This document shows, in pieces, positions 8,136-14,994 of a DNA stretch of 14,994 nt; within the stretch, counting starts at the first letter, position 1, and each line of letters opens with the position of its first letter. The DNA lies in the NCBI GenBank assembly GCA_039190745.1, contig JBCCXZ010000076.1, positions 1 to 14,994 on the forward strand, read 5' to 3'. The DNA comes from Planctomycetota bacterium (lineage in GTDB: Bacteria > Planctomycetota > Planctomycetia > Pirellulales > Lacipirellulaceae). Both the position numbers and the translations under genes were made by a program. Below the pieces are notes generated by a model. It was not told the origin of the DNA and ran no database searches. It saw only the letters and a list, made by a program, of their open reading frames with translations.

Positions 8136-8298
8136 GCTTTGGGGGCCTAAAAATGTGGTCCTGCGGTAGGGCCCTGTGGGAATGCGCCTATCGGACCGAG
8201 CGTCGTGACACGTCGGAGGGGGTTGCGCAACTGCCATCGGGGCTTTGCAGAGGACGCCCTTCATCCGCGGGCGGCTGCGGCCTCGGTTGGCCGCCGAG

Positions 8299-8420
8299 TA
8301 GAATCACGCCGACCGCTCGGCCGTGGTAAGGGGTGAACGACAACCCAGGGCTGCGGCCCGCGTTTCGCTTCGCTCTCGCGGGCCTTGCCCTGGGCTACAC
8401 GCCTTCGCCCCTCCGGGGCG
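8299..8420. repeat. Single arm of the multi-hairpin repeat, family B
   Basis: TAGAATC..ACCGCTCGGCCG..AACCCAGGG-ctgc-GGCCCG..CGGGCCT-tgc-CCTGGGCTA-N9-GCCCCTccgGGGC. Same motif order and N9 spacing as 9235-9348. Confidence 0.85.
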
Positions 8421-8426
8421 GATGAG

Positions 8427-8450
8427 CATGCCCACGCTTGCGTGGGCATG
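8427..8450. repeat. Perfect palindrome, REP-like family C
   Basis: CATGCCCACGC-TT-GCGTGGGCATG (11-bp arms), 8 nt past the stop of the 86-aa orphan. Confidence 0.8.
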
Positions 8451-8458
8451 GCGCGTAG

Positions 8459-8719
8459 TTAGTCCGTTCTATTGACAATATTCGATTCCTCAAGGCGTTC
8501 GTGTTTCCACCAGTTATTGCCGCAAGCGGTTACGCGTATTCGTAAGCTGTCCTCAGTGTGCTGAGAGATGGATACGCCGAATGTGATCAACGATCCGCCC
8601 GCGTAGAGTTCTGAGCAGATTTCATTCACGTTGACGATGCTGACCAAGTCTTCGAACGGCCTAGACCGGTATTCGCCAAGCAGTCTATAGACTTCTGTGC
8701 TGGCGGTGTCGGCGTGCAT
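8459..8719 (-). CDS. Small hypothetical protein (86 aa), lower GC
   Basis: ATG preceded by GAGAGG-ACGCC. Globular-looking composition, unlike the R/P/A-rich shadow ORFs. Overlaps no other credible gene. Confidence 0.65.
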   Translation of the reverse strand: MHADTASTEVYRLLGEYRSRPFEDLVSIVNVNEICSELYAGGSLITFGVSISQHTEDSLRIRVTACGNNWWKHERLEESNIVNRTD

Positions 8720-8844
8720 GGCGTCCTCTCAAGCTTACGAGGCATCCGAGTCTGTCGTGCTCAGGAAGTCACAGTACATCGTTGATTGGTTCACCTTAAC
8801 GTTGCGTTCGCAACGCTGCCGCGGGTTCGTTTAGGCTTCGGATC

Positions 8845-8873
8845 TTGCCGACTTGGCGAGAACCCCCTAGAAA
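8845..8873 (+). promoter_or_regulatory. Sigma70-type promoter of tRNA-Ser
   Basis: TTGCCG (8845-8850), N17, TAGAAA (8868-8873), 9 nt before the tRNA 5' end. Confidence 0.5.
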
Positions 8874-8882
8874 ACAGCAGCG

Positions 8883-8967
8883 GGACGGGTGGCAGAGTGG
8901 TCGAATGCACCGGTCTTGAAAACCGGCGATGGGCAACCATCCGGGGGTTCGAATCCCTCCCCGTCCG
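8883..8967 (+). tRNA. tRNA-Ser (anticodon TGA)
   Basis: Acceptor GGACGGG/CCCGTCC, D arm TGGCAGAGTGGTCGAATGC, anticodon arm CCGGT-CTTGAAA-ACCGG, long variable arm GATGG-GCAA-CCATC, T arm GGGGG-TTCGAAT-CCCTC, discriminator G. CCA is not encoded. Confidence 0.98.
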
Positions 8968-8976
8968 CTTTGAGAA

Positions 8977-9011
8977 GAGGTCAGGGGTCAGAGGTTGGAG
9001 GTCAGAGGTCG
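8977..9011 (+). repeat. Heptamer tandem repeat after the tRNA
   Basis: GAGGTCA-GGGGTCA-GAGGTTG-GAGGTCA-GAGGTCG (5 units). Confidence 0.85.
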
Positions 9012-9058
9012 AAGGGGAGGGGGCGGCGCCCCTGTCTGTTGGGTAGCTTTCCGTTCTC

Positions 9059-9349
9059 TGCCCCAACGGGGCTAGACGCCGTAGCCCAGGGTCAGCCTGC
9101 CGTAGGCAGGCGCCACCCTGGGTTTCTGGTCTGAATCGAACACGTCCGAGCGGACTGCGCCGCCGCAATCGGCTCGTCGCCGAGGACGCCCCAAACCGCG
9201 GAGCATTTCGGCCTCGATCGACCGCCGAACGCAATAGAATCCACCGCTCGGCCGCTTCTATTGCCGGGCTGAGAACCCAGGGTGGCGGCCCGGGGCGCTG
9301 CGCTGCCCGGGCCTGATCCTGGGCTATGGTGTTTAGCCCCTTCAGGGCA
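9059..9349. mobile_element. Non-coding REPIN/MITE-like element with long inverted arms, family B full copy
   Basis: Left arm 9059-9124 and right arm 9274-9349 are inverted. CGCCACCCTGGGTT/AACCCAGGGTGGCG pair exactly. 9068-9095 versus 9313-9340 gives 24/28 Watson-Crick pairs plus 4 G-T. Terminal mini-hairpins GCCCCAACGGGGC and GCCCCTTCAGGGC. Mobility is inferred. Confidence 0.8.
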
Positions 9350-9374
9350 TTTGGGGGTGGATGCTTCTACGGCG

Positions 9375-9440
9375 GGGCGGCACTGGTTTCTTGCCTGAGG
9401 TTCTTTGTGATGCTGCACTGGCGAGACGCCAGTGCCACCC
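9375..9440. repeat. Inverted REP-like doublet, family A copy 2
   Basis: CACTGGCGAGACGCCAGTGCCACCC (9416-9440) is the reverse complement of 6485-6509 at 24/25 nt. Degenerate partner GGGCGGCACTGGTTTCTTGCC at 9375-9395. Confidence 0.85.
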
Positions 9441-9448
9441 GTAAACGC

Positions 9449-11293
9449 CTAGTCTATGGGCTCTACGTCGACGGCCAGGCCCATTTGTTGGCAGTGGGCA
9501 GTGATGGCTCCTAAGAAACGCTCGCCGTAGTCTCGCCACTTTTTGCGGCCCACGCCTTGGGCGGCTAGGAACGTCTCTTCGGTTGACGGGCGTCGGCGGG
9601 CCAGGTCGCGGAGGGTGGCGTCGCCGAAGACGATATAGGCGGGGACGCCTTTTTCGGAGGCGATCTCTTTTCGGAGCGCGCGGAGCGCCTCGAACAGGTC
9701 GCGGTCGACGCCGGCCCAGTCTGCTTCTGCGGAAGGTTTGCGTGAAGAAGAGGAACGCCGCTCGGCTTTGGGGGAGGGCTTCAAGAGGCGCGGGGTGTGG
9801 TCGCCGCGGAGGACGTCGCGGCCGAGGTCGGTGAGGGCCACGAGGTTGTACTCGCCGTACTTCTCGGCGCAGCCCTGGCCGACGAGTTGCTCGAGCCAGT
9901 CGCGTACGGCTTGGCGGGGGTGCTCGCCGAGCAGGCCGTAGGTGCTGAGCTCGTCGTGGCCGTTTTCGAGGATGCGTTTCTCGCGCGAGCCGGTGAGGAC
10001 CAGGGCGTTGTAGTCGCCGCCGTAGCGTTGGTCGAGACGGACGACGCAGGAGAGGATTTTTTGGGAGAGCGTGAGCGGGTCGTCTACCTCGTCGAGCTCG
10101 CCGAGGCAGTAGTCGCAGGCGCCGCAGTTGTCTTGGTCGAGCGATTGGCCGAAGTGTTCGGCGAGTAGTTGATGGCGGCAGCGGAGGGTGCTGCAGAAGC
10201 GCTCGATGCCGGCGAGGGCGGCTAGGGCTTCGTCGTAGCCGGTTTCGGTCGGCTGGATGAGCCGCTTCCACTTCATGACGTCGGCCGGTGAGTAGAAGAG
10301 GCAGCACTCGGCTTCGAGGCCGTCGCGTCCGGCGCGGCCGGACTCCTGCTGGTAGGCCTCGAGCGACTTGGGCATGCCGGTGTGGACGACGTAGCGGACG
10401 TTCGATTTGTCGATGCCCATGCCGAAGGCGACCGTGGCGACGATGGTGTCGATACGTTCGGCGAGGAAGGCGTCTTGGGCGCGTTGCCTTTGGGCGGGTT
10501 CGAGCCCGGCGTGGTAGGGGGCGACGCGGCGGCCGTCGGCCTTGAGGGCGGCGGCGGTCTTTTCGACTTCCTTGCGGGTGATGCAGTAGACGATGCCGGA
10601 TTCATCGGGGTGGCGATTGATGACTTCGATGACCTGTCGGAGGCCGCCGTTGCGGCGTTCGACGCGGTACTCGAGGTTGGGGCGGTCGAACGAACCGACG
10701 AGGAGTTGGGGGTCGGAGAGTTCAAGCTGCTCGGCGATGTCGGCGCGGACTCGCTCGGTGGCGGTGGCCGTGTAGGCGTGGACGCCGACGTTGGGGAAGC
10801 GTTCTTTCAGGACCCGCAGGCCGCGGTACTCGGGGCGGAAGTCGTGCCCCCAGCTGGAGACGCAGTGGGCCTCGTCGATGGCGAACAGCGAAACGTCGAC
10901 CGAGGCGAGCACCGAGAGCATCTCGCCGGCTAGCAGCGTCTCGGGGGCGAGGTAGAGGAGTTTCAGTTCGCCGTCACGCATCTGGTCGACGACGATCTTC
11001 TTCTCGTCCCAGGAGAGGGTGCTGTTAAACGCGGCGGCGTCGACGCCGATCTCGCGGAGGGCGTCGATCTGGTCTTTCATTAGGGCGATGAGCGGCGAAA
11101 GGACCACGGCAACGCCGGGCATGCAGACCGCGGGGGCCTGGAAACAGAGGCTCTTGCCGCCGCCGGTGGGGAGTACGACGACCGAGTCACGCCCTGCGAG
11201 CACGGACTCGATAGCCTGCTCTTGGAGGGGGCGGAAGGCGTCGTAGCCCCAATGGGTTTGGACGGCGTGGCGGACGTCGTCGAGCGAGGGCAT
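9449..11293 (-). CDS. recQ: ATP-dependent DNA helicase RecQ
   Basis: FRPLQEQAI, PTGGGKSLCFQ, SPLIALMKDQ, IDEAHCVSSWGHDFRPEY, ATVAFGMGIDKSNVR, YQQESGRAGRDG, Zn-binding CRH...CGACDYC, RQC region and one HRDC domain (PAYIVFGDATL). Confidence 0.98.
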   Translation of the reverse strand: MPSLDDVRHAVQTHWGYDAFRPLQEQAIESVLAGRDSVVVLPTGGGKSLCFQAPAVCMPGVAVVLSPLIALMKDQIDALREIGVDAAAFNSTLSWDEKKIVVDQMRDGELKLLYLAPETLLAGEMLSVLASVDVSLFAIDEAHCVSSWGHDFRPEYRGLRVLKERFPNVGVHAYTATATERVRADIAEQLELSDPQLLVGSFDRPNLEYRVERRNGGLRQVIEVINRHPDESGIVYCITRKEVEKTAAALKADGRRVAPYHAGLEPAQRQRAQDAFLAERIDTIVATVAFGMGIDKSNVRYVVHTGMPKSLEAYQQESGRAGRDGLEAECCLFYSPADVMKWKRLIQPTETGYDEALAALAGIERFCSTLRCRHQLLAEHFGQSLDQDNCGACDYCLGELDEVDDPLTLSQKILSCVVRLDQRYGGDYNALVLTGSREKRILENGHDELSTYGLLGEHPRQAVRDWLEQLVGQGCAEKYGEYNLVALTDLGRDVLRGDHTPRLLKPSPKAERRSSSSRKPSAEADWAGVDRDLFEALRALRKEIASEKGVPAYIVFGDATLRDLARRRPSTEETFLAAQGVGRKKWRDYGERFLGAITAHCQQMGLAVDVEPID

Positions 11294-11336
11294 GCGGAGG
11301 AGTGGGAGTGGGAGAGGAGAGATTGGGGGCTATTGG

Positions 11337-12305
11337 TTACTGCGCGAGTGCCTGGGTGAGCGTTTGGGTGTTGGCTTCGGCGACCTCGTCGGAGACCGGG
11401 ACGTAGCCGGTTTCGGCGGCCAGCGGGCCTGCGTTGTCGAGGTAGAAGCGGATGAACTCTTCGACCTCGGGCCGCTGGAGGGAGTCTTTGCGGACGTAGA
11501 TGAAGAGCGGGCGTGAGAGGGGCTTGTACGTGCCGTTGCGGACCGTCTCGGGGGAGGGCGCCACGCAGCCGTCTCCGTCGTTGACGGGGATAAGTTTGAG
11601 GGTGTCTTTATTCTGGTCGTAGTAGGCCAAGCCGAAGTAGCCGAGCGAACCCTCGTCGGCGACGATGCCGCGGACGAGGAAGTTGTCGTCTTCGCTGGCG
11701 TTGTAGTCGGGGCGGCTGGCGCCGCCCTTGCCGCAGATGACTTTGGTGAAGTACTCGAAGGTGCCGGAGTCGGAACCGGGGCCGTAGAGCTGCAGGGGCT
11801 GGTCGGGCCAATCGGGGTCGACCTGGCTCCAGTTGTTGATGGTGTCGGCGGCCTCGGGGCTCCAGATGGTTTTGAGCTGCTCGACGGTGATGCAGTCGAG
11901 CCAGTCGTTCTCTTTGTGGGTGATGACCGAGAGGCCGTCGAAGGCGACGCTGAATTCGGCGTATTCGATGCCGGCCGCTTCGAGCTTCTCTTTCTCGACG
12001 GGCTTGATGGGACGGGAGGCGTTGCAGATGTCGATCTCGCCGTTGACGAACTGCTTCATGCCTCCGCCGGTGCCTTTGCGTCCGACGGGTATTTTGACGC
12101 CCGGGCGGACGGCCCCGAACTCCTCGACGACGGCGACGGTGATCGGGTAGACGGTGCTGGAGCCGTTGATGCGGATTGCGGGTGCGCGTATGCCGTCGCC
12201 GCAGCCTGAAAGCAATGGCGCCACGCACACCGCCGCACAGGCGGAAAGCCACACCGCCGACCGCTTCTTGGAGAGTGCTTCTGGCGCGGCTGGGGCACGC
12301 TGCAT
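11337..12305 (-). CDS. pstS: PstS-family phosphate ABC transporter substrate-binding lipoprotein
   Basis: IRINGSSTVYPI, GTGGGMKQF, DICNASRPIK, VAFDGLSV, LYGPGSDSGTFEYF, ASEDDN, GYFGLAYY, YKPLSRPLFIYV. Lipobox LLSG-C. ATG 12305 preferred over the longest-ORF start at 12392 (uncertain). Confidence 0.95.
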   Translation of the reverse strand: MQRAPAAPEALSKKRSAVWLSACAAVCVAPLLSGCGDGIRAPAIRINGSSTVYPITVAVVEEFGAVRPGVKIPVGRKGTGGGMKQFVNGEIDICNASRPIKPVEKEKLEAAGIEYAEFSVAFDGLSVITHKENDWLDCITVEQLKTIWSPEAADTINNWSQVDPDWPDQPLQLYGPGSDSGTFEYFTKVICGKGGASRPDYNASEDDNFLVRGIVADEGSLGYFGLAYYDQNKDTLKLIPVNDGDGCVAPSPETVRNGTYKPLSRPLFIYVRKDSLQRPEVEEFIRFYLDNAGPLAAETGYVPVSDEVAEANTQTLTQALAQ

Positions 12306-12534
12306 GGATTGGGTCTCGATATCGGTGGCTGCTTGAGCACCCAGAGTTTCCACTTCACGGGGCGGCTGGCAAGGGCCAGAAATCTGGGGCAATAGGCCGC
12401 TGCCGCGTGGCCGGCCGCGGGTGGGTCTGATACGCTCACGGCGCGACTTACGGGCGTGCCACAGAGTGCGCGGTCACCAAAAGCAAGGCAACGAACGGGC
12501 CCCTCGGCGCGGGGGCTGAGAAGAGCACTAGACG

Positions 12535-13380
12535 ATGGCAGAATCGCCCCGGCGGATTGGGCTGGTCGACTACGACCCAAATAACTTCCATGCGGACGTT
12601 TACTTGAAGATGCTCCGCGGGCCGCTCGTCGGTCGGGAGTATGTGGTGGCCGGCGTATCGGCGCAGCAGGAGCATGCGGGCCGTGGCTGGGCCGCCAAGA
12701 ACGACGTTCCCTACTTCGCAGGGCCGGCCGAAATGAACGAGGCGGTTGATTGCTTCGCGGTGCTGGCGCCCTCGAACCCCGAAGTCCACGAGGAGCTGTG
12801 CCGTGCGGTGCTTCCGCTGGGCAAGGCGACGTTTGTGGACAAGACCTTCGCTCCGGACGTCGCGACGGCCGAGCGGATCTTTGCATTGGCCGACGAGCAC
12901 GGCGTTGCGGTGCAGACGACCTCGGCGCTGCGGACGACCCTGGTGCAACGGCGGGCCGGAGAGTTAGAGAACCCGCTCCTCCACATGGCCGCTTGGGCTG
13001 GGGGTAGTTCGTTTGGGGAGTACGGCATCCACCCGGTTGAGATGGTGGTGAGCTGCATGGGGGCGGGAGTGGAGTCGCTGATGGTTCACGGGCCCGAGGA
13101 GCACCCGCAACTCGTGCTGCGATTTAGCGGCGACCGGGCGGCGACGATCGACTTCAACCCGAGCGAGTACGTGCCGTTCTCAGCGGCGCTGACGACCCGC
13201 GCTGGGACGGAGTTCGTCACGGTCGACGACGCGAAGCTGTTCGAGGACGCGGCGGCGGCTATTCTGGACTTCTTCGACGCCGGCAGGCCGCTGGTCGAGC
13301 AGGCCGAGACGCTGGCGGTGCTACGTGTGTTGGCTGCGGCGGCAAAGCCGGAGGCACGGGGCGGTTTTGTGCCGGTTTAG
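12535..13380 (+). CDS. Gfo/Idh/MocA-like oxidoreductase (short, atypical)
   Basis: HEELCRAVLPLGKATFVDKTFA (H...GK-x-x-F-V-DK-P variant), TTSALR, YGIHPVEM. 281 aa. Confidence 0.85.
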   Translation: MAESPRRIGLVDYDPNNFHADVYLKMLRGPLVGREYVVAGVSAQQEHAGRGWAAKNDVPYFAGPAEMNEAVDCFAVLAPSNPEVHEELCRAVLPLGKATFVDKTFAPDVATAERIFALADEHGVAVQTTSALRTTLVQRRAGELENPLLHMAAWAGGSSFGEYGIHPVEMVVSCMGAGVESLMVHGPEEHPQLVLRFSGDRAATIDFNPSEYVPFSAALTTRAGTEFVTVDDAKLFEDAAAAILDFFDAGRPLVEQAETLAVLRVLAAAAKPEARGGFVPV

Positions 13381-13468
13381 CGGCCGCTGGACGTTGGCGG
13401 AGGCGTGGGTTAGAACGCGGCTCGGCTTGTGAAACAGTAGAAAAGACAGCTTAATTGGGAGCAGCAGG

Positions 13469-14530
13469 GTGAGAATTGCAGTGATAGGCGCCGGGGCGAT
13501 CGGCACGAAGCACGCGGCGGCGGCCGTGGCGACCGAGGGTGTGGAGTTGGCCTTGGTCTGCGACCGCGACGGGGCGCGGGCCCAAGAGCTGGCCGAGGAG
13601 CACGGCGCGGCCTCGGCCGACAACGAGGCTGCGGCCTTGGGCGACGCCTCGATCGACGGGGTGGTGATCGCCGTGCCGAACCGCTTCCACACCCCGATGA
13701 CTCTGGCCGCACTCGAGGCCGGCAAGCACGTGCTGCTTGAGAAGCCGATGGCCATTACGGTCGACGACTGCCGGAAGATCGTCGCGGCGGTCGAATCCTC
13801 GGGCAAGCACCTGCAGATCGGTCACGTCCACCGCTTCACCGCGATGGGCAAAGCGGCCAAGGACATTGTCGACGCGGGGGAACTGGGCAGCGTGTACCAC
13901 GCGAAGGCCCACCTGTACCTGCGGCGTTCGGTGCCGGGGCTGGGAGGCTGGTTCACGAACAAGGAGATGTCCGGCGGCGGGGCGATGATCGACCTCGGCG
14001 TCCACCTGCTGGACCTGGCCCTCTACCTGACGGGCTTCCACGCGGCACAGCGCGTGTCGGGCAGCGTTTACAGCACGTTCGGCAAGCGGATGAAGGACTA
14101 CGTCTACGAGTCGATGTGGGCCGGGCCGCCGAGGTACGACGGCGTGTGCGACGTGGAGGACTCGGGGCACGCTTTGATTCATTTCGAAGGCGGCATGACG
14201 CTCGACCTGAACGTCTGCTGGGCGGGGAACTTCCCCGACGGGTCGCTGCCCGACTCTTTCATGGGCTTCTTCGGCGACCGGGGGGGGATGACGTTCCACC
14301 TGTACGGCGACCACGTGACCGTCGCGCACGAGCACTGCGGTCGGAACGTCGACACGCGGTACAAGCTGGCCGAGACGGACGAGCTGGCCGGGCAGATGGC
14401 AGACTTCCTCGCCGGGGCGACCGGCGGCGCGTCGATCGGCGCCAAGCCGAGGCAGTCGCTCGCGGTGCAGACGTTGGTGGATGCGGTCTACCAGTCGAGT
14501 GAGAAGCAGGAGACCATCGTGCTGGGTTGA
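13469..14530 (+). CDS. Gfo/Idh/MocA family NAD(P)-dependent oxidoreductase
   Basis: RIAVIGAGAIG Rossmann motif, AVPNRFH, AGKHVLLEKPMA, GWFTNKEMSGGGAMIDLGVHLLD, DVED. Confidence 0.95.
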   Translation: MRIAVIGAGAIGTKHAAAAVATEGVELALVCDRDGARAQELAEEHGAASADNEAAALGDASIDGVVIAVPNRFHTPMTLAALEAGKHVLLEKPMAITVDDCRKIVAAVESSGKHLQIGHVHRFTAMGKAAKDIVDAGELGSVYHAKAHLYLRRSVPGLGGWFTNKEMSGGGAMIDLGVHLLDLALYLTGFHAAQRVSGSVYSTFGKRMKDYVYESMWAGPPRYDGVCDVEDSGHALIHFEGGMTLDLNVCWAGNFPDGSLPDSFMGFFGDRGGMTFHLYGDHVTVAHEHCGRNVDTRYKLAETDELAGQMADFLAGATGGASIGAKPRQSLAVQTLVDAVYQSSEKQETIVLG

Positions 14531-14672
14531 TCCATCAACTCGACTCAGAACTGTTCGGCCCAGAATGGATCGTAGAGGGCTCTCCGAGCCCGATTTCGCT
14601 TTGTCTTGGTAGCCGGAATCGGCCTCGGAGAGGCCTCCTACAGATTTCTCTTCCTAGAATTCCGAGCTGCCG

Positions 14673-14994
14673 ATGCCGGTCGACTTCGACAACGTAATCG
14701 ACGCGATTGTGGTCGGCGGCTACCTGGTGCTGAGCTTTGGCTTTGGGCTGTTCGCCAGCAAGCTGCTGAAGACCGAGGGCGCCGAGGGTGAGGAGGGCTA
14801 CTACCTCGCGGGCCGGAAGGTGCCGGGGTGGATGAACGGCATCTCGTACGCCGTGACGGCGATGAACGCCGACGTGGCGCCCACGTACGCGGGGTTCGCC
14901 GTGGTGGTGGGGCTGCCGATCGCGTGGTTTTACCTGCCGCGGTTCGCACTCGCCTGGATGCTGGCGGCGATGCTGTTCGCGGTCCGCTGGCGGC
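14673..14994 (+). CDS. Sodium:solute symporter (SSS family), 3'-truncated by the window edge
   Basis: Absent from the ORF track because it has no stop in the window. Manual translation MPVDFDNVIDAIVVGGYLVLSFGFGLFASKLLK...EEGYYLAGRKVPGWMNGISYAVTAMNAD...AMLFAVRWR shows the SSS N-terminal TM helix and the YYLAGR-x-x-P-x-W motif. Confidence 0.9.
   Translation, partial: MPVDFDNVIDAIVVGGYLVLSFGFGLFASKLLKTEGAEGEEGYYLAGRKVPGWMNGISYAVTAMNADVAPTYAGFAVVVGLPIAWFYLPRFALAWMLAAMLFAVRWR

Noticed and set aside
8883..8967. tRNA as selenocysteine/suppressor tRNA or as an integration site
   Set aside because: Anticodon TGA reads UCA (Ser), whereas tRNA-Sec has TCA. I found no duplicated tRNA 3' end and no integrase in the window.
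6485..9440. Palindromic repeats as a CRISPR array or integron attC array
   Set aside because: No regularly spaced direct repeats with unique spacers, no cas or intI gene, and no consistent attC core-site boxes.

Overview
High-GC bacterial chromosomal window, most likely a planctomycete (inferred from the DUF6800-like gene, PEP-CTERM protein and repeat types). Gene order: 3' part of dnaK, a lower-GC 5'-nucleotidase, clpB, a convergent small basic protein, then a repeat-rich accessory stretch (about 5950-9450). That stretch holds a decayed vapC/PIN fragment, a PEP-CTERM protein, a small lower-GC orphan, tRNA-Ser(TGA) and several REP/MITE-like palindromic elements. The rest is recQ and a solitary pstS on the minus strand, two Gfo/Idh/MocA oxidoreductases, and the start of a sodium:solute symporter. 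Most notable: (i) a decayed copy of the first 19 codons of clpB 572 bp upstream of the real start, marking dnaK-clpB as a probable cargo-exchange hotspot; (ii) a PEP-CTERM gene whose complete signal peptide can apparently only start at an ATT codon; (iii) a 290-bp multi-hairpin inverted-repeat element whose main-helix mismatches are all G-T, with sibling copies nearby. No integrase, transposase or CRISPR array is visible. All family assignments are from motif recognition, not database searches.
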